Shown here: piece after piece, positions 9,162-18,591 of the stretch
Position numbering within the stretch: position 1 is the first letter of the stretch
Layout: every line of letters starts with the position of its first letter
Assembly (NCBI GenBank): GCA_945929875.1
Contig: CAMEOO010000002.1
Coordinates: forward strand, 1,813 to 65,812
DNA length: 64,000 bases
Reading direction: 5' to 3'
Source of the DNA: an uncultured Bacillales bacterium
GTDB taxonomy: Bacteria > Bacillota_I > Bacilli_A > RFN20 > CAG-449
The notes under the pieces: model-generated
What the model was told of the DNA's origin: nothing
Databases searched by the model: none
The model's input: only the letters and a program-made list of their open reading frames with translations
Position numbers and translations under genes: made by a program

Positions 9162-10607
9162 ATGGCAAAAGAAGTAATTATCGAAGCAATGCCAGATTTA
9201 AAAAAGGCAAGTCAAAGAAAAAGGCAACCTACAGAAATTGTTAAGGAAGATTTAATCATTCCTTCAAGATTAAAGATGCTAGCCCTTGGTAAGAAGTACT
9301 TTGTTCGTACTTACGGCTGCCAAGCTAATGTTTTAGATTCACAAAATATTGAAGGGATTCTTTTAGAAAGTGGTTATTCTCCAGTAGATGATCCATTAAA
9401 AGCGGATATTGTTATTTTAAATACTTGCGCAATTAGAGAAAACGCTGAAGATAAAGTCTTTGGTGAAATCGGTTCATTAAAGCAATTAAAAACTAACAAT
9501 CCAAATAGTTTGATTTGCGTTTGCGGATGTATGACTCAACAACCTCATATCGTGGAGATAATCAAAAAGACTTACCCTCAAGTGGATATTGTTTTTGGAA
9601 CTCACAACATCAATCATTTACCTCAATTAATTTTAAGATCACTTGAAAAAGAGACGAGAATTATTGAAGTCTATTCTAAAGAAGGGGAAGTAATTGAAAA
9701 GATCCCTTGCTATCGTGAAGATAAAATTAAAGCTTTTGTCAATATCATGTATGGCTGTGATAAATTTTGCACCTATTGCATCGTTCCTTACACTAGAGGA
9801 AAACAAAGAAGTAGAAAGATGGAAGACATTCTTGAAGAATGTAAACTTTTAGTGGAGCAAGGTTATCAAGAAATTACTTTAATCGGTCAAAATGTCAATG
9901 CCTACGCAAAAGATTTAAATCTAGGATATGATTTTGCTTCTTTATTAGAAGAAGTAGCAAAACTTGGTATTCCTAGACTTAGATTTACTACTTCTCATCC
10001 TTGGGATTTTACTGAAGGAATGTTTAAAGCGATGGCTAATTATAAAAATATTATGCCTGCGATACATTTACCTCTTCAATCTGGTAGCGATGACGTTTTA
10101 AGAAGAATGGGAAGAAGATATACAGCAAAAGAGTATATGGCTCTTGTGGATAAACTTAGAGAAATTGTTCCTAATGTTGCAATAACAACCGATATTATCG
10201 TCGGTTTTCCAAATGAAACTGACGAAGATTTTGAAAAAACTTTAGAAGTAGTTAGGTATGTAAAATATGATTCTGCTTTTACTTTTATTTATTCTCCTAG
10301 AGTAGGAACTCCAGGAGCAAAGATGAAAGATGAAGTTAGTATGGAAACAAAACATGAAAGATTTAATCGTTTAGTAGAAACCCTAGCGGTCTCTATAAAA
10401 GAAAAATCAGACGCTTATATTGGTAAAGTGGTTCCGGTGCTTGTTGAAGGTTCTTCTAAAAAGACAGATGCTAGATTGACAGGATATACTGATACGTTAA
10501 AACTCGTAAACTTCATCGGTAATCCTGAACACGTTGGGAAAATTGTCAATGTTAGAATAACAGAATCTCATACTTATTCCTTAATTGGAGAAGAAGTAGA
10601 TGGATAG
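9162..10607 (+). CDS. miaB: tRNA-i6A37 methylthiotransferase MiaB
   Basis: UPF0004 N-domain Cys residues (TYGCQ, LNTCAIRE), radical-SAM CDKFCTYCIVPYTRG, C-terminal TRAM domain. Confidence 0.95.
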   Translation: MAKEVIIEAMPDLKKASQRKRQPTEIVKEDLIIPSRLKMLALGKKYFVRTYGCQANVLDSQNIEGILLESGYSPVDDPLKADIVILNTCAIRENAEDKVFGEIGSLKQLKTNNPNSLICVCGCMTQQPHIVEIIKKTYPQVDIVFGTHNINHLPQLILRSLEKETRIIEVYSKEGEVIEKIPCYREDKIKAFVNIMYGCDKFCTYCIVPYTRGKQRSRKMEDILEECKLLVEQGYQEITLIGQNVNAYAKDLNLGYDFASLLEEVAKLGIPRLRFTTSHPWDFTEGMFKAMANYKNIMPAIHLPLQSGSDDVLRRMGRRYTAKEYMALVDKLREIVPNVAITTDIIVGFPNETDEDFEKTLEVVRYVKYDSAFTFIYSPRVGTPGAKMKDEVSMETKHERFNRLVETLAVSIKEKSDAYIGKVVPVLVEGSSKKTDARLTGYTDTLKLVNFIGNPEHVGKIVNVRITESHTYSLIGEEVDG

Positions 10608-10920
10608 TTTCCTAAAAGAAAAGTTAGATGAATTTATTTCACTATTTTTAGAGCAAAAGGAAGTCAAGCAATATTTTGCTTTAAAGGAAGAAATTGAAAA
10701 TTCCAACGAACTGAATGAACTATCAAAAAAAATCGTGGAAGCAAAAAAATCTTTAGCCCTATCTTTTGGAACTAATAATCATGAAGAAAAGAAAAAGGAG
10801 TATTTAGATTTACAAGCTAAATATGATTCTTCTCCATTAATCGTAAACTATAAAATGATAAAAGAAGAAGTAGAGTATCTACTAAAAGAATTTGAAGATA
10901 AACTAAAACTAAGTAGGTAG
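10600..10920 (+). CDS. ricA: YlbF/YmcA-family protein (RicA-like)
   Basis: Small helical protein in the ymcA position between miaB and cotE. Overlaps the miaB stop by 8 nt. Confidence 0.6.
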   Translation: MDSFLKEKLDEFISLFLEQKEVKQYFALKEEIENSNELNELSKKIVEAKKSLALSFGTNNHEEKKKEYLDLQAKYDSSPLIVNYKMIKEEVEYLLKEFEDKLKLSR

Positions 10921-10936
10921 AAAGCCTACTTTTTTT
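10912..10936 (+). terminator. Rho-independent terminator
   Basis: Stem agtagg/cctact with loop tagaaag, followed by TTTTTTT. Confidence 0.7.
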
Positions 10937-10973
10937 AACCAAAAAAATGTATTAATACAATAATACAAAATAA

Positions 10974-11027
10974 TTTACATGAAAAACGGTTTATGCTATC
11001 CTTTAATTGTCAAAAGAGATGACAATT
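10974..11027 (+). promoter_or_regulatory. Candidate promoter (TTTACA-17-TATCCT) with an operator-like inverted repeat
   Basis: -35 at 10974-10979 and -10 at 10997-11002. A perfect 8-bp-arm inverted repeat aattgtca-N7-tgacaatt (11005-11027) ends 1 nt before the ATG of the XRE gene. Confidence 0.45.
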
Positions 11028-11028
11028 T

Positions 11029-11532
11029 ATGATAGGCGAGAGAATAAAGCACTTTAGAACTAAGTATAAGTTCACGCAAGAGGAACTTGCAATTGTTTTA
11101 GATGTTAAAAGGAAAGAGGTTATCGACTGGGAAAAGGGTTTATCGCTTCCTTCTAAAGAAAACCTCGCTCTTTTAAGTGACTTTTTTGGCGTTGATGTCA
11201 ATGAACTAAAAGTAGATTTTACTAGTAAAAATAATAAAATCATTTATGTCCATCACAATCCTAAAAGAAATGCTGCTTCTTTACTTCTATTTTTATTAGG
11301 GCTATTCTTTCTTGTGGTTGGAATTGGAGTAATTCTTACTACAATTATCATTTATTATACTAATGATCTTTATCTTTCTTACAATTTAACGGAAGTTTTA
11401 ACTATAGATCAACTATCTTTAATAGCTAATGATTTCATTTTTTATTCAATCTTATTTATTTGTTTAGGGATAATCACTTTAATAGTGAGGTTTTTTGTTA
11501 TTCATTTTAAAAGAGTTCATAAGGGGGATTAA
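11029..11532 (+). CDS. Membrane-tethered XRE-family HTH protein (short)
   Basis: N-terminal Cro/C1 HTH (IKHFRTKYKFTQEELAIVLDVKRKEVIDWEKG), then two hydrophobic TM segments. Confidence 0.7.
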   Translation: MIGERIKHFRTKYKFTQEELAIVLDVKRKEVIDWEKGLSLPSKENLALLSDFFGVDVNELKVDFTSKNNKIIYVHHNPKRNAASLLLFLLGLFFLVVGIGVILTTIIIYYTNDLYLSYNLTEVLTIDQLSLIANDFIFYSILFICLGIITLIVRFFVIHFKRVHKGD

Positions 11533-11533
11533 T

Positions 11534-12727
11534 ATGAATAAGGAAAAGCAAAGTGTCATTGTCTCTCGACTATTTGGAATATTAATTAAAAGAAAGAGAC
11601 GAGAATTAAATTATTCAAAAGAAGAGCTATCTTTTCTTTTGCACATAAAACCAAGTTTATTAGAAAAGTGGGAGTTAGGAAAAAGCCCTATTCCTAAAGA
11701 TAAATTATCCACTCTTTCTAGCATTTTAGGGATTAGTAATAATGAAATAGATTTGATATACAAAGCTCCTTCTACTAAATCAAATCGTTTTAATATTTTA
11801 TATAGGCGTAGCTTTATCATTAATTTAATTGCTGTTTGCTTAATTGTTTTATGTGCTAGTATTATTTTATCTTCTTTAATATTCATTAATCTTGTCAACG
11901 ATATTCCAAGAGGAAGAATTTTAGTATTCACTCTTTTTTCTGATCAATATTCTTATTTTTTCTTCGTGGGAATTTCAAAAAAAATCTTGATGATAAGCAT
12001 AATTTTAATATCAATTAATGTAATTATTGAAACTATTTGTATGCTAAAAAGAAATTTAACATTTAAAAATGAAGGAAAAGGGACAAATAAATTAATGGGA
12101 TTATTAGTTTTATTATCATCTATTTTGGCCCTAAAAATGCCTTTAAATGAAACTGGAGAGGTAAATAGAACTACTTATAGTGCAAGATCTTCCCACAGTA
12201 TTTCAAATGATAATAATCAAGAAGAAACATACGATCTTTTCTATAGTATCACGATGAATGAATGCTGGTATGAATGCGCTCAAAGGTTTTCTTTAAAAGC
12301 CCCTACTTTATTTGCTATAAGGCAAGAGGCAAAACTATTATCAGTTTCTTATTATGGAGATGATTCTTCTTTAGATGAAGATAGTGATAGCTTTAGAACA
12401 TTATATATAGCCTCGATGATAAACTATTACTATGGAGAAAGATTCTTCAATAGATTTTTAGATACATTTAAGATATATAAAGGAAGTGACTTATTTCAAA
12501 TTAATCGTGAAACGATGGATGTATATAATGCTCGTTCTGGTATTAGAATTTGTGAAGAATTTAAAAAATATCAAGATCAATTATCAGGAACTATCTATTT
12601 AGATATGGGTGAATTTTGCGCTTTTGTGGTTAGTCAAGGAGAAGAATATCAAATATATAAGCTAAATGAAGATTGTACGTCATTTATCTATACTTCCATT
12701 GGAAAAGATAATCCTTTATTTAGATGA
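11534..12727 (+). CDS. Membrane-tethered XRE-family HTH protein with an unassigned C-terminal domain of about 200 aa
   Basis: HTH (RKRRELNYSKEELSFLLHIKPSLLEKWELGK), about 3-4 TM segments, then a soluble domain with no motif I recognise. ATG 11534 follows GGGGGA; I reject the ORF-track start at 11495. Confidence 0.7.
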   Translation: MNKEKQSVIVSRLFGILIKRKRRELNYSKEELSFLLHIKPSLLEKWELGKSPIPKDKLSTLSSILGISNNEIDLIYKAPSTKSNRFNILYRRSFIINLIAVCLIVLCASIILSSLIFINLVNDIPRGRILVFTLFSDQYSYFFFVGISKKILMISIILISINVIIETICMLKRNLTFKNEGKGTNKLMGLLVLLSSILALKMPLNETGEVNRTTYSARSSHSISNDNNQEETYDLFYSITMNECWYECAQRFSLKAPTLFAIRQEAKLLSVSYYGDDSSLDEDSDSFRTLYIASMINYYYGERFFNRFLDTFKIYKGSDLFQINRETMDVYNARSGIRICEEFKKYQDQLSGTIYLDMGEFCAFVVSQGEEYQIYKLNEDCTSFIYTSIGKDNPLFR

Positions 12728-12770
12728 TATATTAATCTCTTTTAAAGCATAAACTTTAAAGGGGATTTTT

Positions 12771-13286
12771 ATGTATCGAGAAATTGCTGTAAAAACTTTA
12801 ACTGGTAAAGGGAAATTAGAACATTATTTAAATAAAACGATTACCTTAGAAAAAGATATTTCTAAAACTCTCGGTTGTTGGATTATTAATTTAGACTATA
12901 ATACGGAGATAAAAAATAAGGAAATTTTCCTTCGTGGAAGCTTTGATATTCAACTTTGGTATGCGATGGATAATGATCAAAAAAGTGATGTTTTTATTGA
13001 AAAAGTAAACTTTTTTGAAAAGGTCAACATGTTTTATCGTGACTTAAAAACTTTGGATGACATCCTCTATCCTAAAGTGTTTATCAATAAATATCCAACG
13101 TGTACTTCAATGAAGATGACTAAAGAAAAAGAAGTAGAACTAGTCATAGAATTTGTAATCTATGTTGAAACCTTCCAAGAAGCTCTTCTAGTAGTTTCTT
13201 GCTCTGATGATTATAAGGAGGATATTTCCTTAGATGAAGAAATTACTATGAATGTAAATGAAAACTATTTGATTGATAAAAAGTAG
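12771..13286 (+). CDS. cotE: Spore coat morphogenetic protein CotE
   Basis: The N-terminus aligns with B. subtilis CotE (YREIAVKTLTGKGK / LGCWIINLDY versus YREIITKAVVAKGRK / LGGWIINHKY). Conserved position upstream of mutS. Confidence 0.85.
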   Translation: MYREIAVKTLTGKGKLEHYLNKTITLEKDISKTLGCWIINLDYNTEIKNKEIFLRGSFDIQLWYAMDNDQKSDVFIEKVNFFEKVNMFYRDLKTLDDILYPKVFINKYPTCTSMKMTKEKEVELVIEFVIYVETFQEALLVVSCSDDYKEDISLDEEITMNVNENYLIDKK

Positions 13287-13370
13287 TAAATAAATATTTA
13301 AATAAAAATTTCTTCTATCAAAGTAGATAATATTTTTGTATAATATTATCTAAATGAGGAAGTTTTTATT

Positions 13371-15893
13371 ATGGAAAAGAAATATACGCCGATGATGATG
13401 CAATATTTAAAAATTAAAGAAAAGCATCCTGATACTTTGATTCTTTTTCGTTTAGGCGATTTTTACGAATTATTTTTTGACGATGCAAAAATAGCTTCAA
13501 GAGTATTGCAATTGACTTTAACTGGAAAAAGCGCCGGGGTTGAAGAAAGAGTTCCAATGTGTGGAGTGCCTTATCACGCGATAACTTCTTACATCGATAA
13601 ATTGATTGCAAAAGGTTATAAAGTTGGAATTGTCGAACAACTTGAAGATCCTAGCCTTGCTAAAGGAATTGTCGAACGAGACGTGGTACAGATTATTACT
13701 CCAGGGGCTAATATCGACGTAAAAGTGAAAGATAATAACTATATTGGTTGTTTGGATGTCACCGATAATTATTATATTTTTTCCTATGCGGATGTATCTA
13801 CTGGAGAAATTTATGTGGAAAATTTAGAAAAGTCTATCGACTCAGTAATTGGGGAAATTGATAATTTATCCATTAGAGAGATAGTCTCTTCTACAAGTTT
13901 TTCTAGTAAGGATTTACTAACTTTAAAAGAGAGGAGAAACCTTCTTATTTCTTATGAAAACAATAACGAAGTAACTATTGAACATGAATATATTTTGACT
14001 AATGTGTACGATCTTTTTCAAAGAAAAAATGTGGTTAGATTATTAAATTATTTAAAGGAGACGCAAAAGAGTAGTCTCGATTACATGAAGCAAGTTAAAG
14101 TAATTAGAAATAATTCTACGATGCAAATTGATAGCTTCTCTAGAAATAACCTAGAATTAATTAGAACTATTAGAAGTGAAGATAGCTATGGAACTTTATT
14201 TTGGCTACTTGACAAAACTCAAACTAATATGGGTAGTAGACTTCTAAAAAAATGGATTATGAAACCTCTTTGCGATCTAAAAGAGATTACTTCAAGACAA
14301 GATATCGTTTCTTCACTTATTGAAAATTTCTTAGTAAGAGGAGATCTTACTCAAGATTTAAAAGATATCTATGATCTAGAACGTTTAGTGGCAAAGATTA
14401 ATTTTGGCTCGGCTAATGGTAGAGATTTACTTCAACTAAAAAAATCCCTTCAAGTAGTGCCATCTTTACTTTCTCACTTGAAAGCTTTAAATAATCCTTC
14501 CATCAATTCAAAAAAGGGAATGGATAATGATTTTGTCGAACTTTCTTCACTTTTAGAAAAAGCTATCAGCGAAGATGCTCCTATTACTGTTAAAGAAGGA
14601 GGAATATTTAAGTTAGGTTACGATGAAAAATTGGATGAATTAATATCTTTAAGTCAAGGCGGTAAGTCTTGGGTGAATGCTTTAGAAGCTCGTGAAAAAG
14701 AAAAGACGGGAATAAAAACCTTAAGGGTTGGTTACAACAAAGTATTTGGCTATTATATCGAAGTTTCCAAAGGCCAAGTTGATCAAATTAAGGAAGAATG
14801 GGGATATGAAAGGAAACAAACTACCGTCAATTCAGAAAGATATATCACTAGAGAGTTAAAAGAGCAAGAATCGTTAATCTTAAACGCTGATGAAAAGCGC
14901 TGTGCGTTAGAATATGAAATGTTTAATGCTTTAAGAAAGCGTGTGAGTGAATATACTGAACAAATTCAAGATCTTGCCAATTTAGTATCTTATATCGATT
15001 GCTTGATTTCCTTTAGCGAAGTTTCCCTTGAAGGAAGATATGTTCGCCCAACTTTTAATGATGAAAGAAGAATAAAAATCATCAATGGACGACATCCAGT
15101 GATAGAAAAGGTAATGAATAGTGACACCTATGTTCCAAATAGTTTAGTCATGGATAAAGATACGGATATTTTAATTATTACTGGTCCTAATATGGGTGGT
15201 AAATCAACCTTTATGAGACAATTTGCTTTGATCGTCATCCTTGCTCAAATTGGTTCTTTTGTTCCAGCAGATGAAGCTGACTTAATGATTTTTGATGCCA
15301 TCTTTACTCGTATTGGAGCAAGTGATGATCTAGTTTCTGGTCAATCGACTTTTATGGTGGAAATGAGTGAAACAAATTTTGCTTTGCGTCACGCTAGTGA
15401 AAATTCATTGCTTATTTTTGATGAGATAGGTCGAGGAACGGCTACTTTTGATGGAATGGCTTTAGCCCAAGCTATTCTAGAGTATATTTCCGCTAAAATA
15501 AGAGCGAAGACTTTATTTTCAACTCACTATCACGAGATTACTAAAATTGAAAAGGAATTACCAGCGCTTAAAAATGTTCATGTTGCTGTCAGCGAAAACA
15601 AAGAAGATATCACTTTCCTTTATAAAGTTGAAGATGGGGCAATGGGTAAATCTTATGGAATTAACGTTGCTAAGCTTGCTTCTCTTCCAGAAGAATTAAT
15701 TAGTAGAGCAAATGATATTCTTTCTTCTTTAGAAGCAACTAAAGTAAATACTAATACCAATGTTTTAAAAAAGTCAGAAAACAAATTACCTTCTTGGGTT
15801 GAGGAAGTTAAAAATGTCGATCCTTTAGCGATGTCACCTTTAGAAGCGTTAAATTTTTTATATGAATTAAAAAGAAAGATGGGAGATAAATAA
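13371..15893 (+). CDS. mutS: DNA mismatch repair protein MutS
   Basis: 840 aa. N-terminal mismatch-binding domain (TPMMMQYLKIKEKHPD), Walker A GPNMGGKST, DEIGRGT. Confidence 0.97.
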   Translation: MEKKYTPMMMQYLKIKEKHPDTLILFRLGDFYELFFDDAKIASRVLQLTLTGKSAGVEERVPMCGVPYHAITSYIDKLIAKGYKVGIVEQLEDPSLAKGIVERDVVQIITPGANIDVKVKDNNYIGCLDVTDNYYIFSYADVSTGEIYVENLEKSIDSVIGEIDNLSIREIVSSTSFSSKDLLTLKERRNLLISYENNNEVTIEHEYILTNVYDLFQRKNVVRLLNYLKETQKSSLDYMKQVKVIRNNSTMQIDSFSRNNLELIRTIRSEDSYGTLFWLLDKTQTNMGSRLLKKWIMKPLCDLKEITSRQDIVSSLIENFLVRGDLTQDLKDIYDLERLVAKINFGSANGRDLLQLKKSLQVVPSLLSHLKALNNPSINSKKGMDNDFVELSSLLEKAISEDAPITVKEGGIFKLGYDEKLDELISLSQGGKSWVNALEAREKEKTGIKTLRVGYNKVFGYYIEVSKGQVDQIKEEWGYERKQTTVNSERYITRELKEQESLILNADEKRCALEYEMFNALRKRVSEYTEQIQDLANLVSYIDCLISFSEVSLEGRYVRPTFNDERRIKIINGRHPVIEKVMNSDTYVPNSLVMDKDTDILIITGPNMGGKSTFMRQFALIVILAQIGSFVPADEADLMIFDAIFTRIGASDDLVSGQSTFMVEMSETNFALRHASENSLLIFDEIGRGTATFDGMALAQAILEYISAKIRAKTLFSTHYHEITKIEKELPALKNVHVAVSENKEDITFLYKVEDGAMGKSYGINVAKLASLPEELISRANDILSSLEATKVNTNTNVLKKSENKLPSWVEEVKNVDPLAMSPLEALNFLYELKRKMGDK

Positions 15894-17707
15894 TGGGAAA
15901 AATTCAAGTTATGGATTCTCACCTCGCTAATATGATTGCGGCAGGTGAAGTCATTGAAAGACCATCTTCAGTCGTTAAAGAATTAGTGGAGAATGCTCTT
16001 GATGCTGGAAGTAAACATATCAGCGTATCTATTTTTGAGGCGGGAAGAAAAAAGATTGTCGTCTCTGATGATGGCTCTGGAATGGATAAAGAGGATGCAA
16101 TTCTTTCTTTTAAAAGGCACGCTTCAAGTAAACTTTTAAATGATCGGGATTTGTTTAGAATTAAAACTATGGGTTTTAGAGGAGAAGCTCTTCCTTCAAT
16201 TAGTTCAGTAAGTAAAGTTACCATGCTCACTTCAACTGGCGAAGGAGTTGGAACAAAAATCGTCATTGAAAATGACCAAATGAAAGTCGAAGAAGCAAGC
16301 CTAAGAAAAGGCACACAAATGATTGTCGAAGAACTTTTTTATAATACTCCAGTTAGACTTAAGTTTTTAAAAACCGATGTTACGGAAAACGCGAATACTT
16401 TAGAAGTGATGCAACGTTTAGCAATGTCTCGAAGCGATGTTTGTTTCGACTTTTATATCGACAATCGCTTGATTTTCCAAACTACTGGAAGAAATGATTT
16501 ACTAGAGGTTATCGCAAGAATTTATTCTAACGATACCGCGAAAAAAATGATTCCAGTTCATTTTGAAAACTATGAATTTCAAATTTCTGGCTACATTGGT
16601 AAACCAGAATTAAATAAGTCAAACCGCTATTTTATGATTACTATTTTAAATTCTAGATCAGTATATCTTCCAAAAGTTCAAAAGGCGATTATGGAAGCTT
16701 ATAGCGATTTTATTTTTAATTCTAGATATCCGTTTGTCGTTTTAAAGATCGACGTTGAGTATAATCTTGTAGATGTCAATGTTCACCCATCTAAAAGAGA
16801 AGTGAGACTTTCAAATGAAGAGAGAATTACCGATGCAGTTTATTCTTTAATTAAAGACACCCTACTAGAAAAAAAGCCATTAACTGAATCTAATCTATAT
16901 AAGAGTCAATCAAATGAAAGTCCTTTAATGTTAAATGATTCTTCTCTTGATAAAATAAATGAAAAAGTCTCTCTTTTATTAGATGATGAAGAAGATAAAC
17001 AAGAAATAGAGATCACTCGACCTACTATTTCTAAAAATATTCAAGTTGAGCCGATTAAAGTTGATTATACTTCTTTAGATGAAGAAATCATTAAAGAAGA
17101 AATTAAGGAAGAAAAAAAAGAAGTAAAGATGCCTTTATTAACTCCACTTTGCCAGATTCACGATACTTATATTGTATGCGAAGGAGAGGATGGATTTTAC
17201 TTAATTGATCAACATGCTGCCCAAGAGAGGGTAAACTATGAAAGGCTAACAAAACAATTAAATTCAAAAATTCAAGTGTGTCAATTACTAGTCCCTATCG
17301 TGATGAATATAAGTCCAACCGAAATGATGAAATTAAAAGAAAGAATCGATTTGTTAAATCAAATTGGTATAAATATTGAATTATTTGGTTTAAATACCAT
17401 TAGAGTTAATGAAATTCCTCTTTTTATGAAAGAGAATAATGAAGAAGTTTATATTGAAGAATTGATTAGTCAAGTGATAACTAAGGACAAGATCGATTTA
17501 GATTCTTTAAGAAAACATGTAATATCTACTTTTGCTTGTAAAAGCTCAATTAAAGCTAATCACAAATTATCTATAAAAGAAATGGAAGATGTGATTAAGC
17601 AATTATTTAATTGCTCTAATCCTACTTGCTGCCCTCATGGTAGACCTACAATCGTGCATTTTTCTAAATACGACATCGAAAAGATGTTTAAAAGGTCAGG
17701 ATTATGA
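15893..17707 (+). CDS. mutL: DNA mismatch repair protein MutL
   Basis: GHKL ATPase N-terminus (IAAGEVIERPSSVVKELVENALDAG) and C-terminal dimerisation/endonuclease region (DQHAAQERVNYE, CPHGRPT). Confidence 0.97.
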   Translation: MGKIQVMDSHLANMIAAGEVIERPSSVVKELVENALDAGSKHISVSIFEAGRKKIVVSDDGSGMDKEDAILSFKRHASSKLLNDRDLFRIKTMGFRGEALPSISSVSKVTMLTSTGEGVGTKIVIENDQMKVEEASLRKGTQMIVEELFYNTPVRLKFLKTDVTENANTLEVMQRLAMSRSDVCFDFYIDNRLIFQTTGRNDLLEVIARIYSNDTAKKMIPVHFENYEFQISGYIGKPELNKSNRYFMITILNSRSVYLPKVQKAIMEAYSDFIFNSRYPFVVLKIDVEYNLVDVNVHPSKREVRLSNEERITDAVYSLIKDTLLEKKPLTESNLYKSQSNESPLMLNDSSLDKINEKVSLLLDDEEDKQEIEITRPTISKNIQVEPIKVDYTSLDEEIIKEEIKEEKKEVKMPLLTPLCQIHDTYIVCEGEDGFYLIDQHAAQERVNYERLTKQLNSKIQVCQLLVPIVMNISPTEMMKLKERIDLLNQIGINIELFGLNTIRVNEIPLFMKENNEEVYIEELISQVITKDKIDLDSLRKHVISTFACKSSIKANHKLSIKEMEDVIKQLFNCSNPTCCPHGRPTIVHFSKYDIEKMFKRSGL

Positions 17708-18588
17708 TTATTTCAATCGTTGGGCCAACTGGAGTTGGTAAGTCAAAACTAGCAATTGAAGTTGCTTTAAAAGTTCATGGGGAAATTGTTAATTGCGACG
17801 CATTTCAAATTTATAAATATCTAGATATAGGAACGGCTAAACCTTCAAAAGAAGAAAGGGAGCTAGTTCCTCATCATCTATTTGATTACGTCGAACCTGA
17901 TTATCCATTTTCAGTTTATGACTATCAAGTTACTTTAAGAAATAAAATTAAAGAGCTAGAAGAAAAAAACGTCCCTATCATTCTTGTGGGAGGGACAGGA
18001 CTTTATTTAAAAGCGTCACTCTACGATTTTTCTTTATCTAAAGAAGAAGAAAAAATCGATATGTCTAAATATTTACAAATGGACAATCAAACTCTTCATC
18101 AAGAGTTAGAAAAACTCGATTATGAAGAAAGCTTAAAAATCCATCAAAATAATCGTAAAAGAGTTCTTAGAGCAATAGAAATATGTTTATCTCAAGGAAA
18201 AAAGAAATCGGATATCATCATGTCTCAAGAGCATAAACTATTATATGATGTGACTTTTGTTGGATTAACTAAACCAAGAGATGAACTATATGATTTAATT
18301 AATAAAAGGGTCGATTTGATGTTTGAACAAGGCCTATATCTAGAAGTAGAGACGTTAATGAAAAAATATGATCACTCTCTTCGCTCCTTTCAAGCAATTG
18401 GATATAAGGAAATTATTCAAGGGATAGAAAATCATCAAAGCATAGAAGAAATTAAAGAATTGATTAAAAAGAATTCTAGAAGATACGCTAAAAGGCAATA
18501 TACTTACTTTAACCATCAATTAGATGTGAATTGGTTTATGGATAAAGATGAGGCACTTGAGTTTATATTATCAAAATTAGGAGGATAG
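17704..18588 (+). CDS. miaA: tRNA dimethylallyltransferase MiaA
   Basis: P-loop IVGPTGVGKS and GGTGLY. Follows mutL as in B. subtilis. Confidence 0.95.
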   Translation: MIISIVGPTGVGKSKLAIEVALKVHGEIVNCDAFQIYKYLDIGTAKPSKEERELVPHHLFDYVEPDYPFSVYDYQVTLRNKIKELEEKNVPIILVGGTGLYLKASLYDFSLSKEEEKIDMSKYLQMDNQTLHQELEKLDYEESLKIHQNNRKRVLRAIEICLSQGKKKSDIIMSQEHKLLYDVTFVGLTKPRDELYDLINKRVDLMFEQGLYLEVETLMKKYDHSLRSFQAIGYKEIIQGIENHQSIEEIKELIKKNSRRYAKRQYTYFNHQLDVNWFMDKDEALEFILSKLGG

Positions 18589-18591
18589 ACT

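Noticed and set aside
15919-16314. Antisense ORFs inside well-supported genes. Examples: 2290-2493, 2794-2991, 3906-4190, 11010-11243, 11611-11931, 13414-13611, 15653-15922, 15919-16314, 18516-18707, 19710-20407, 21611-22060, 32452-32655, 35202-35420, 38405-38638, 42057-42266, 42524-42805, 43720-43953, 59206-59397.
   Set aside because: All are short and lack an RBS. Each lies fully within a longer opposite-strand gene with strong motif support. Stop-poor antisense frames are expected in AT-rich, purine-skewed coding DNA.
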